Source: Candidatus Eiseniibacteriota bacterium
Lineage (GTDB): Bacteria; Joyebacterota; Joyebacteria; Joyebacterales; Joyebacteraceae
Direction: 5' to 3'
Length of the DNA stretch: 48,371 bases
Assembly: GCA_043819135.1 (NCBI GenBank)
Contig: JBDRFG010000074.1
Coordinates: 1-48,371, forward strand
Part shown: one piece after another, positions 1-8,387 of the stretch
How the letters are laid out: every line of letters starts with the position of its first letter
Numbering within the stretch: the stretch's first letter is position 1
Translations under genes and position numbers: made by a program
The notes under the pieces: model-generated
The model's database searches: none
The model's input: only the letters and a program-made list of their open reading frames with translations
What the model was told of the DNA's origin: nothing

Positions 1-443
1 TCCTCCACCCACCCAAGCTCCGTACCGTTCACGAAATAGATCGTGCTCCAGCTCGAACCACCGTCCGTCGAAACATCCACGTAACCGAAGTCAGCGTTCG
101 TCTCCAGAACGTACCGCTCCCAGAAGCTCAACACAGGCATCGCGGCGGAACTCAGGTCGATTCCGGATGCCAACGTGGCCTTGACATCGACGCTGTTCTC
201 GTACGTCGTGCCCGGACTGTCTGTGAAGGAGGTCGAGCCGCTGTAAGCAGCTTCAGTCGTGTAGCCCCACGCGCCGCCGAAGGTCCAGTTGCCCGAGGCC
301 TGGTTCTCCATGTCGTCGAAGAACGGGTAGTCCGCCGCATTCGCAGTTGCAGCCGGCAGAGCCAGCATCGCCACGAGTAATGCCGCGGCCACGATTCCGG
401 CAAGCCCGATCATTCCCGTACGTACCTCTCGATTCCGAGTCAT
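1..443 (-). CDS. Secreted protein with signal peptide and jelly-roll (MAM/immune-inhibitor-A-like) domain; runs off the left edge of the window
   Basis: Not in the ORF track because it has no stop in the window. Manual translation from ATG 443 (RBS GAGGAGGA at 458-451): MTRNREVRTGMIGLAGIVAAALLVAMLALPAATANA|ADYPFFDDMENQASGNWTFGGAWGYTTEAAYSGSTSFTDSPGTTYEN...IDLSSAAMPVLSFWERYVLETNADFGYVDVSTDGGSSW. The FFDDME, IDLS, LSFW and VSTDGGxxW motifs are typical of this domain. Confidence 0.8.
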   Translation of the reverse strand, partial: MTRNREVRTGMIGLAGIVAAALLVAMLALPAATANAADYPFFDDMENQASGNWTFGGAWGYTTEAAYSGSTSFTDSPGTTYENSVDVKATLASGIDLSSAAMPVLSFWERYVLETNADFGYVDVSTDGGSSWSTIYFVNGTELGWVE

Positions 444-562
444 CGTCACGTCCTCCTCACTGGTTGCGGAGTGTGCGAGGAACTCCGATCTGGCGGGGCA
501 GTCCTAGGAGACACGTCCTACCCACGATAGCTCCGAAAGCGACATATCAATGAAGGCAGGTC

Positions 563-591
563 AGTTTATCACGGGAAAGCACACACGTCAA
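563..591 (-). promoter_or_regulatory. sigma70-type promoter for the 443 gene
   Basis: Minus strand reads TTGACG-17 nt-TAAACT with an extended -10 TG, about 120 nt upstream of the ATG. Confidence 0.65.
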
Positions 592-692
592 GAAGCCCCT
601 TCAGGAGGGGGAGACCTGCCTGCGGTCGCTTTAATCGGTGCTCTGCGCGGCGCCTGCACCGCGGGTCCGGACGGAGGCGTCGTGCGGCGTGT

Positions 693-1682
693 TCAGCCCG
701 CGACGGCGCTTCTTCGGCGCCTGAGTTGCGAGACGACGACGCCGGCCAGCATGAGCGCGCAACCCACGAGAGCTCTGGACGAGTACGTCTCGTCCAGGAC
801 GGCCCACCCGCCGACGGCCGCGAAGACCGCCTCGAGTCCCAGGATGATGGCCGCGTGCGAGGGAGGCGTCTTGCGCTGCCCGACAAGCTGGAGCGTGTAG
901 GCGATGCCGACGGAGATGAACCCGCCGTAGAGGATCGGTCCGGCGGCGGCAATGATGCCGTCCATGCGAATGTCCTCGGTCACGAGAGCCGTCACGAAGC
1001 TCAGGATGGCGCAGGTGGCGAACTGCATGAACGCGAGGGTGCCGACGTCGATCCGCTTGATGAGCCATCCGACGAGGATGACGTGTCCGGCCCAGAAGAA
1101 CGCTCCGGCGAGAACGAGCGAGTCGCCCAGGCCGATGGTGAAGCGCTCCGTCACGCTGAGAAGGAACAGCCCCACTATCCCCAGTGCCGCGCCTGCCCAG
1201 GCGGTCGCTCCGGGGCGCATCTTCCAGAGGAGTCCCAGTATGGGAACGATGATCACGTAGAGTCCCGTGATGAACCCGGCCTTGCCCGCGGTCGTATACA
1301 CGATGCCGAACTGCTGCAGGGACGCGCCTCCGTAGAGAAGCGCACCGGCAGCGAGGCCGCTCAGGAGCAACTCGCGCAGGGGAGGGCGCTCGGGTGAAGC
1401 GGTCGCGGGGGACCAGGCGGACGGCCGCGCCTGCCTTGAGGCCGGATACCCTCCGTCTTCCCGCCGCCGCGCGAGCGCGATGAGCGGCAGCATGGGCAGG
1501 CTTCCCAACGCGAACCGCACGGCGTTGAACGTGAAGGGGCCGATGTGGTCCATCGCGACGCGCTGCGCCACGAACGCGAATCCCCAGATGGCGGAAGCGA
1601 GCAAGAGGAGCGACTCGGAGACGAGCGGTCTCTCCTGCTCTCCCGGCGCTTCGTGTCCGTTCCGGCGTGTCGACTCGTTCAA
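693..1682 (-). CDS. EamA/DMT family transporter
   Basis: About 10 TM segments in two EamA repeats (IWGFAFVAQR, FTFNAVRF, TTAGKAGFITGLY, AAIILGLEAVFA). The ORF track starts at 1742; TTG at 1682 behind a purine-rich RBS-like stretch is preferred, but the start is uncertain. Confidence 0.9.
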   Translation of the reverse strand: MNESTRRNGHEAPGEQERPLVSESLLLLASAIWGFAFVAQRVAMDHIGPFTFNAVRFALGSLPMLPLIALARRREDGGYPASRQARPSAWSPATASPERPPLRELLLSGLAAGALLYGGASLQQFGIVYTTAGKAGFITGLYVIIVPILGLLWKMRPGATAWAGAALGIVGLFLLSVTERFTIGLGDSLVLAGAFFWAGHVILVGWLIKRIDVGTLAFMQFATCAILSFVTALVTEDIRMDGIIAAAGPILYGGFISVGIAYTLQLVGQRKTPPSHAAIILGLEAVFAAVGGWAVLDETYSSRALVGCALMLAGVVVSQLRRRRSAVAG

Positions 1683-1762
1683 GAGCGCTGCCTCTTCCCG
1701 TGTTCTGTTTGCGTCGGGGCAACCCGGCCCGCCTTTGGGCATCCATCTTGCATGAGGCAGCG

Positions 1763-1791
1763 ATTATACGCGGGCGCCCGCGGCCTGGGAA
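1763..1791 (-). promoter_or_regulatory. Putative sigma70 promoter for the EamA gene
   Basis: Minus strand reads TTCCCA-17 nt-TATAAT. Confidence 0.45.
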
Positions 1792-1914
1792 CCGGTATCA
1801 GTCGGCTCGCGAAGCCCGTAGGCGTCGTCTGACCGCCGGGGCCGCATTCCTGAGTGAAGGCCATGCCCCGTGAGCGGCCACGATCACGCCCACGCCCCGA
1901 GGGCGGTCCCGAGC

Positions 1915-1943
1915 TTGAAAGCGGGGCGGCCCGTGTCTATTAT
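1915..1943 (+). promoter_or_regulatory. sigma70 promoter for the AlkP operon
   Basis: TTGAAA-17 nt-TATTAT in an AT-rich patch about 50 nt upstream of ATG 1996. Confidence 0.6.
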
Positions 1944-1995
1944 ATATAGTGCGCGCATGAGTAGCGCGCGCGTGAGACCAGGCGTCAGGAGAGAA

Positions 1996-4122
1996 ATGCC
2001 GAGCCACCGCAGGACACTCGCACTCATCACGGCCGCGCTAGCCGCGGCCGTCCTGTACCCGTCGACCGCCCAGGCCTACGTTGGGCCGGGGGCGGGCTTC
2101 GCCGTGGTCGGTTCGCTCGCCGTCGTCTTCATCACGTTCTTTCTGGCAATGGGCTCTCTCATCTCCTGGCCGTTCCGCGCGCTCCGGCGCGCCGTCAGGT
2201 CGCGGCATCTGCGCGGTCCCGCCGAGATCAAGCGCGCGATAGTTCTCGGGCTCGACGGACTCGACCCCGTGCTCACGACACGCTTCATGGACAAGGGCTT
2301 GCTTCCCAACTTCAAGAAGCTCGCGGACGAGGGCACGTTCAAGCCCCTGCAGACCTCGTGTCCGTCGATGTCGCCGGTAGCGTGGTCAACGTTCGCCACC
2401 GGCGTCGATGCGTCGCGGCACAACATATTCGACTTCCTCGCGCGCGACGAGAAGACGTACTTCCCCATACTCTCGTCGACCCGCATCAGCAATCCCGAGA
2501 AGAGCATCAAGCTGGGCAAATTCACCATCCCGATCGGCAAGCCGTCGATCCGGCTCATGCGGAAGAGCAAGACGTTCTGGAGCGTGCTGGACGACTGCTA
2601 TGTGCCGTGTCACGTCTTGCGTGTTCCCATTACGTTCCCGCCCGAGAAGATGAAGAATGGCGTCATCCTCTCCGCGATGTGCGTGCCGGACCTCCGCGGG
2701 AGCCAGGGCAGTTTCACGATGTTCACGACCGACAGCGAGAAGGCGGGCGCCTACACCGGCGGCACGCTGCTTCTCGTTGGGCGTGACGGCAACACCGTCA
2801 GGGGAGAGCTACCTGGCCCGCCGTCGCCGTTCAACCCTGACGCCGCCGAGATGACCGTCCCGTTCACCGCGACGATCGACGAGTTCAGCGAGGCCGTCAG
2901 CTTCGACTTCGGCGGGAACGAGGTCACGCTGTCCGCGAGGGAATACTCCGAGTGGCTGACCATCGAGTTCAACGCGGGGCTCGGTGTGAAGGTGAAGGGC
3001 ATAGTCAAACTGTACGTCACGTCTATTAGCCCGCACTTCGAGCTCTACGTCACGCCCATCAACATCGATCCCGACAACCCGGCGATGCCCATCAGCGACC
3101 CGTCGATGTTCGCGCAGTACCTGGCAAAGCTCCAGGGCAGCTACGCGACGCTCGGTCTCGCCGAGGACACGTGGGCGCTGAACGAGAGGATGATAGACGA
3201 GTCCGCGTTCCTCGAGCAGACGTATGCGATCCATGAGGAGCGCGAGAAGATGTTCTTCAACTCGCTCAAGAAGAACCGGAACGGGCTGACGGCGGTCGTG
3301 TTCGACGCGACCGACCGCATCCAGCACATGTTCATGCGTTATCTCGATCCCGGGAACCCCGCGAACCGCGACAAGGACACTGACTTGCACGCCGGGGCCA
3401 TCGAGGAACTCTACGTGAAGATGGACGGGCTCCTGGCGCGAGTGATGGAGCACGTCGACGATAAGACGCTCCTGTGTGTCATCTCCGACCACGGTTTCAA
3501 GCAGTTCAAGCGGGGCGTCAACATCAACACGTGGGCGCTCGAGAACGGCTACATGAAGGCGGAGGGCGGCGTCCCGGGCGAGAGCAGCGCCATCGGGGAA
3601 TACCTGCGCGGCGTCGACTGGTCGCAGACGAAGGTCTACCAGCTGGGACTCTCCGGTATCTACATCAACAAGAAGGGCCGCGAGGCACAGGGGCTGGTCA
3701 AGTCGTCCGACTACAAGGCCTTCAAGAGAGAGATCAAGGAGAAGCTCGAGGGGCTCAAAGACCCCGACACGGGAGAGATCGCCATCACGTCGGTCTACGA
3801 CACCGAGGAGATCATGAGCGGGCCGTACACCGATGGGGCGCCTGACCTCATTATCGGCTACAACGTCGGCTACAGGGCGTCCTGGGACGCGGCCGTCGGG
3901 AAGTCCAGCGAGACTGTCATCGAAGACAACCTCAAGTCCTGGAGCGGGGACCACTGCATCGACTACAAGCTTGCACCGGGAGTCCTCTTCACAAACCGTA
4001 AGGTCGTGGCCGACAGGCCCGGGCTGATAGACATGGGTCCGTCCATTCTCGACCTCTTCGGAGTGAAGATCCCGGAGTTCATGATGGGGAGGCCCATCTT
4101 CAGCGCCCGAGAGGACGAATAG
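1996..4122 (+). CDS. Alkaline phosphatase superfamily / nucleotide pyrophosphatase-phosphodiesterase (COG3379-like), paralog 1, with signal peptide plus TM anchor
   Basis: Metal and catalytic motifs GLDG, PSMSPVAW, DRIQH, SDHGF and WSGDH. RBS AGGAG precedes ATG 1996. The N-terminus is a signal peptide (AQA|YVGPGAG), then a TM helix and a basic stretch. Confidence 0.88.
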   Translation: MPSHRRTLALITAALAAAVLYPSTAQAYVGPGAGFAVVGSLAVVFITFFLAMGSLISWPFRALRRAVRSRHLRGPAEIKRAIVLGLDGLDPVLTTRFMDKGLLPNFKKLADEGTFKPLQTSCPSMSPVAWSTFATGVDASRHNIFDFLARDEKTYFPILSSTRISNPEKSIKLGKFTIPIGKPSIRLMRKSKTFWSVLDDCYVPCHVLRVPITFPPEKMKNGVILSAMCVPDLRGSQGSFTMFTTDSEKAGAYTGGTLLLVGRDGNTVRGELPGPPSPFNPDAAEMTVPFTATIDEFSEAVSFDFGGNEVTLSAREYSEWLTIEFNAGLGVKVKGIVKLYVTSISPHFELYVTPINIDPDNPAMPISDPSMFAQYLAKLQGSYATLGLAEDTWALNERMIDESAFLEQTYAIHEEREKMFFNSLKKNRNGLTAVVFDATDRIQHMFMRYLDPGNPANRDKDTDLHAGAIEELYVKMDGLLARVMEHVDDKTLLCVISDHGFKQFKRGVNINTWALENGYMKAEGGVPGESSAIGEYLRGVDWSQTKVYQLGLSGIYINKKGREAQGLVKSSDYKAFKREIKEKLEGLKDPDTGEIAITSVYDTEEIMSGPYTDGAPDLIIGYNVGYRASWDAAVGKSSETVIEDNLKSWSGDHCIDYKLAPGVLFTNRKVVADRPGLIDMGPSILDLFGVKIPEFMMGRPIFSAREDE

Positions 4123-4123
4123 C

Positions 4124-6337
4124 ATGCGGCAGAGGTTCACACACGGAAGTTTCCGGAGCGGCGCGGTCATGCAGGGCGTGGCAGTCCCGTGGGGCATAGC
4201 GGTCCCGTGGGGCGCGGCTCTTCTATTGACGGTGCTCGTGGCCGCGCTGGTTTTGCCGGGATGTACGGCGGAGACACCCGAGGTCGAACTTGCGGAGGAA
4301 GACAGGGCGGCGCTCGCGTCGCTCGGTTACGTCGCGAACGAGCTCCGGGAGAGCGGAGGCGCGCGCACCGAGAAGAAGGTGCTGGTGCTCGGAATCGACG
4401 GGATGGACTGGCTCATCACCTCGCGGCTCCTGGACGAGGGCAAGCTACCTCACTTCCGGGCACTCGCGGGCAAGGGTGGCTTCAGCCCGCTCCTTTCGAG
4501 CATCCCGCCGCAGAGCCCCGTGGCCTGGTCGAACTTCATCACGGGCGCGGACCCGGGTGGCCACGGCATATTCGACTTCGTGCATCGCAACAGGCAGACG
4601 TACATGCCGTACCTTTCCACGTCGAAGGTAGAGCCGGCGCCCGAGAAGGCGCGGATTCTGGGCATACCGGTCACGAACCAGTTCGCGATGCCGTTCACCG
4701 ACTACGTGTTCCCGCTGGCCGGGGGTGCGACCCTCAACCTGAGGAAGGGGGTCGCGTTCTGGCAGGTGCTGGAGGCGGCCGACGTACCGTGCACCGTCTT
4801 CAAGATCCCGTCGAACTTCCCGCCGGTGACGAGCGAACGTGGGCTCGTCAAGAGCATGTCCGGCATGGGCACGCCGGACATCCTCGGGACATACGGGACG
4901 TTCTCCTTCTACACCACCGACCCGTGGCCCGGCTCGGAAGACATCTCCGGTGGCTACGTCTACCCGGTCAGGGTCGAGGCGGGAGTCGTGCACGCGACGC
5001 TCCTGGGGCCGCCGAACGACTTCAAGGACTACGAGAAGATAGGGGAGAGACAGGGCGCTCCTGTTTCCTACAGCGAAAAGAAGGTGGGCATCGACTTCGA
5101 GGTCTACGTTGATCCTGCGAACCCGGTGGCCCGATTGGACATTGGCGACGCCAGGGTCGTCCTCACCGAGGGTGAGTTCAGCGAGTGGGTCGAGGTCGAG
5201 TTCGTGATGGTTCCGAACCTCGTGACGGTCAGCGGGCTGGCGCGCTTCTACCTGAAGTCCGCGCACCCGGAGTTCGAGCTCTACGTAACACCGGTTCAGA
5301 TAAACCCGGTCAACCAGGTTCTGCCCATCACGGACCCGCCTGAGTACGGCCAGGAGCTGGTCGATGCCGTCGGGTATTTCTACACACAGAACATGCCCGA
5401 GGACACGAAGGCGCTCGAGCACGGCGTGTTCGACAACGCGATATTCACGCAGCAGTCGACCCTTGTGTTCGACGAGCGGCTCAGGTGTTTCAGATACGAG
5501 CTGGCCCAGTTTGACGAGGGGCTGCTCTACTTCTACTTCGGCTCGCTGGACCAGTCGACGCACATGATGTGGCGTTGCATGGACGTCGGGCACCCGGCCT
5601 ACAACCCCGCGGAGGACGCGGAGTTCTCGGACTTCCTCGAGAACCTCTACGTGAAGTTCGACGGTGTGCTCGGTGAGGTCATGCGCAACCTGGACGAGAA
5701 CACGACGCTCATCGTGCTGTCCGACCACGGGTTCGCGCCCTACTACCGTCAGTTCCATCTGAATCGCTGGCTCTACGATGAGGGCTACCTCGTTCTCAAG
5801 CCGGGCGTACGGCCCGACCAGGTCGAGTGGCTGTTCGGCGTCGACTGGTCGCGGACGACGGCATACGGGCTCGGCATCAACGCGCTCTACGTCAACACGG
5901 CGAACCGCGAGGGACAGGGCATCGTCCCGGCCGGGCGCGAGGCGAGCGAACTCGTCGATGAGATAGCGGCTAAGCTCGAGACGGTGCGCGACCCCAAGAC
6001 GGACCAGCTGGTGGTCGTGAAGGCCTACAAGGCCAGCGAGTCCTATCACGGGCCTTATCAGAGCACGGCCCCCGACATCGTTGTCGGATACGGCTGGGGC
6101 TACCGCGGGTCGGACAAGACGGCGACCGGGGAAGTTCCGGGCGAACTCGTCAGCGACAACCTTGACAAGTGGAGCGGCGACCACTGCGCGGACTATCACC
6201 ACGTGCCGGGCGTGCTGTTCACGAACAAGCCGATCACGCACGAAGCCCCGTCGCTCTGCGACATGGCTCCGACCATTCTGGCGGAGTTCGGCATCGCGAA
6301 GCGGAGCTGGATGGTCGGAACGTCGGTGTTCGAGTAG
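4124..6337 (+). CDS. Alkaline phosphatase superfamily phosphodiesterase (COG3379-like), paralog 2, probable lipoprotein
   Basis: Motifs GIDG, PPQSPVAW, DQSTH, SDHGF and WSGDH. A hydrophobic leader ends in LPG|C (Cys codon at 4262). Starts 1 nt after the paralog 1 stop. Confidence 0.88.
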   Translation: MRQRFTHGSFRSGAVMQGVAVPWGIAVPWGAALLLTVLVAALVLPGCTAETPEVELAEEDRAALASLGYVANELRESGGARTEKKVLVLGIDGMDWLITSRLLDEGKLPHFRALAGKGGFSPLLSSIPPQSPVAWSNFITGADPGGHGIFDFVHRNRQTYMPYLSTSKVEPAPEKARILGIPVTNQFAMPFTDYVFPLAGGATLNLRKGVAFWQVLEAADVPCTVFKIPSNFPPVTSERGLVKSMSGMGTPDILGTYGTFSFYTTDPWPGSEDISGGYVYPVRVEAGVVHATLLGPPNDFKDYEKIGERQGAPVSYSEKKVGIDFEVYVDPANPVARLDIGDARVVLTEGEFSEWVEVEFVMVPNLVTVSGLARFYLKSAHPEFELYVTPVQINPVNQVLPITDPPEYGQELVDAVGYFYTQNMPEDTKALEHGVFDNAIFTQQSTLVFDERLRCFRYELAQFDEGLLYFYFGSLDQSTHMMWRCMDVGHPAYNPAEDAEFSDFLENLYVKFDGVLGEVMRNLDENTTLIVLSDHGFAPYYRQFHLNRWLYDEGYLVLKPGVRPDQVEWLFGVDWSRTTAYGLGINALYVNTANREGQGIVPAGREASELVDEIAAKLETVRDPKTDQLVVVKAYKASESYHGPYQSTAPDIVVGYGWGYRGSDKTATGEVPGELVSDNLDKWSGDHCADYHHVPGVLFTNKPITHEAPSLCDMAPTILAEFGIAKRSWMVGTSVFE

Positions 6338-6348
6338 AGGAGGACGAT

Positions 6349-6543
6349 ATGTTCGGCGGAGGGAATATCAAGATAGACAAGGAACTTCTCGAGAAGGTGA
6401 AGAAGTTCGCGAAGCTCGCAGGTTACTCGTCGCCCGAGGAGTTCGTGACGCACGCCCTCGAAAAGGAGATAGCGAAGCTCGAGGAGTCCGACTCCGAGGA
6501 CGAGATCAAGGACAAGCTGAAGGGGCTGGGGTACATCTCATAA
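6349..6543 (+). CDS. Small CopG/ribbon-helix-helix-like protein with C-terminal LGY motif (64 aa)
   Basis: Strong RBS GAGGAGG precedes ATG 6349. NIKIDKELLEKVKKFAKLAGYSSPEEFVTHALEKEI fits a beta-helix-G-helix RHH pattern. Ends EDEIKDKLKGLGYIS. Confidence 0.8.
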   Translation: MFGGGNIKIDKELLEKVKKFAKLAGYSSPEEFVTHALEKEIAKLEESDSEDEIKDKLKGLGYIS

Positions 6544-6544
6544 T

Positions 6545-7375
6545 ATGTGGCCGATTCTGAGAACGATAACCAGTGCGTTCGACGCGATCCTGACACCGTT
6601 CGCGGAGCTTCACCCGTGGGTGGGGCTGGCCGTTGTGTCCGCCGTGACGGGCGTTGTCATGCTTCTGATATTCGGCAAGACGTCGGACCAGAAGAAGATC
6701 TCTGAGACGAAGGACAAGCTCAAGGCCTACGTCATGGAGATGTGGATCTTCCGGAACGACACGCTCGTCATGTTCTCGGCCATCGGCAGGGTGCTCAGAA
6801 GCAACCTGCAGTACCTGCGTCATTCGCTGCGGCCGCTAGTGTTCCTGTTCATACCGGTGCTCATCATCATGGTGCAGCTGGGCATCCGCTACGCGGACGA
6901 ACCGCTGATGCCGGGGGACAAGGCCGTGGTGTCCGTCAAGCTCAGTGAGGGGACGGTCCCGTCCCAGACCCCGCTCGCCCTCGTCGCGCCGAAGGGCGTC
7001 CGCGTCGTATCGCCTGCTCTACGCATCGACTCGGAGAGCGAGGTGGACTGGGAGATAAGGGTGGAACATCCGGGACAGTACCAGCTCGCGCTCGAGACGC
7101 CCGGCGGCACGGTACACAAATCGCTCGACGTCGGGCCGCGGCGGCAGCTGGGCGCGATAGGAGCCGTCAAGGCGCGGGCCAACTCGTGGGGCGCGTTCCT
7201 GTACCCCTCGGAACCGCCCGTGCCTTCAGACTCCGTCATCGAGTCGATCCATGTAACGTATCCCCATCGCGAACTCAGGTTCTTCGGGCTCACGGTCAAC
7301 TGGCTCGTTGCCTTCTTTGTCATCTCGGTCGCAGCCGGCTTCGCGCTGAAGGGCGTCTTCGGAATAGAGGTCTAG
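6545..7375 (+). CDS. 3-TM membrane protein resembling EMC3/TMCO1/DUF106 (Oxa1 superfamily), with an extracytoplasmic beta-domain insertion
   Basis: Amphipathic N-helix, TM1, charged coiled-coil (DQKKISETKDKLKAY...SLRP), TM2, a beta-rich domain, and TM3 NWLVAFFVISV. The ORF is solid; the family call is from pattern recognition. Confidence 0.6.
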   Translation: MWPILRTITSAFDAILTPFAELHPWVGLAVVSAVTGVVMLLIFGKTSDQKKISETKDKLKAYVMEMWIFRNDTLVMFSAIGRVLRSNLQYLRHSLRPLVFLFIPVLIIMVQLGIRYADEPLMPGDKAVVSVKLSEGTVPSQTPLALVAPKGVRVVSPALRIDSESEVDWEIRVEHPGQYQLALETPGGTVHKSLDVGPRRQLGAIGAVKARANSWGAFLYPSEPPVPSDSVIESIHVTYPHRELRFFGLTVNWLVAFFVISVAAGFALKGVFGIEV

Positions 7376-7388
7376 CACGGAGGTCAGC

Positions 7389-8324
7389 GTGACCGCACGA
7401 GACGACCCCAGGATCGACCTGCATCTGCACACGATTGCCTCCGACGGCTCGGAGACCGCAGAGACCCTCGTGCTCAAGGCCAAGTCGCTCGGACTCGCCG
7501 CCATCGCCATCACCGACCACGATACCGTCGGTTCAGTGCGCGAGGCGCTCGCGGCGGGGGAGAAGCACGGCATCGAGGTCATCCCCGGCGTAGAGATCGG
7601 CATCGCTCATGACCCCGAGAGGCACCTGATCGAGATAGACATCCTGGGCTACTTCATAGACCCCGACTTCGCCGAACTCGAGGGCGTGCTCCAGCGGCTT
7701 CAGCACGCGAAGAACGGCAAGCTCCTGAAGCAGATCGCCGTGCTCGCGGAGAACGGGCTTCCGATAGAGGTGCACGAAGTGCTCGAGGCGGCCGCGGGTG
7801 ACACGGTGCGCCGTCCGCACATCTGGAAGGTGCTCCATCGCCACCACCCGGACTTTTCGTCCCAGGAGTTCTTCGACCGGACGTCATTCGGCGGTGAGTG
7901 GCACGTGAGCAAGGACTTCAGCCTCCAGCTCGAGGAGAGCGTCGAACTCATCGAACGCGCAGGCGGTGTCCCGGTGCTCGCGCACCCCGGGGCCTACAAC
8001 ACGACGTTCGCCAAGGGCGGCGGCATGAAGGACCCCATCGTCGACGAGATCGTCGCCACCTGCGCCGGCGCCGGCGTAAGGGGCCTCGAGGTCTACTACA
8101 CCTACGACAAGAACCGTCCCTTCCACAACGGAGGGCCGCTCATCTCGCAGGACGAGCTGGCCGAGCTCGTGGGGCACTACGCCTCGCTGGCTGATGGTCA
8201 CGGCATGCTCAAGACGGGCGGCACCGACTTCCACGGCGCCACCAAGCCCCAGATTGAAGTGGGAGAGGTCGACGCGAGATACAGCCTTCTGCAGGCTCTC
8301 AAGGACGCCCGTCCCGCGGTCTGA
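7389..8324 (+). CDS. PHP-domain metal-dependent phosphoesterase (TrpH/YciV-like)
   Basis: Motifs DLHLHTIASDG, AITDHD, PGVEI, LAHP and GGTDFHG. RBS GGAGG. Confidence 0.9.
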   Translation: MTARDDPRIDLHLHTIASDGSETAETLVLKAKSLGLAAIAITDHDTVGSVREALAAGEKHGIEVIPGVEIGIAHDPERHLIEIDILGYFIDPDFAELEGVLQRLQHAKNGKLLKQIAVLAENGLPIEVHEVLEAAAGDTVRRPHIWKVLHRHHPDFSSQEFFDRTSFGGEWHVSKDFSLQLEESVELIERAGGVPVLAHPGAYNTTFAKGGGMKDPIVDEIVATCAGAGVRGLEVYYTYDKNRPFHNGGPLISQDELAELVGHYASLADGHGMLKTGGTDFHGATKPQIEVGEVDARYSLLQALKDARPAV

Positions 8325-8387
8325 TGCTCACAAGGCTGGGTCTTCTATGGAGTGGGACGGTCGAGCGCGTCTTTGCGGCGGTTGACG

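Noticed and set aside
4178..4213. Imperfect 18-bp tandem duplication (VAVPWG-IAVPWG) in the AlkP paralog 2 leader
   Set aside because: Only two in-frame copies in a signal region; most likely a neutral local duplication.
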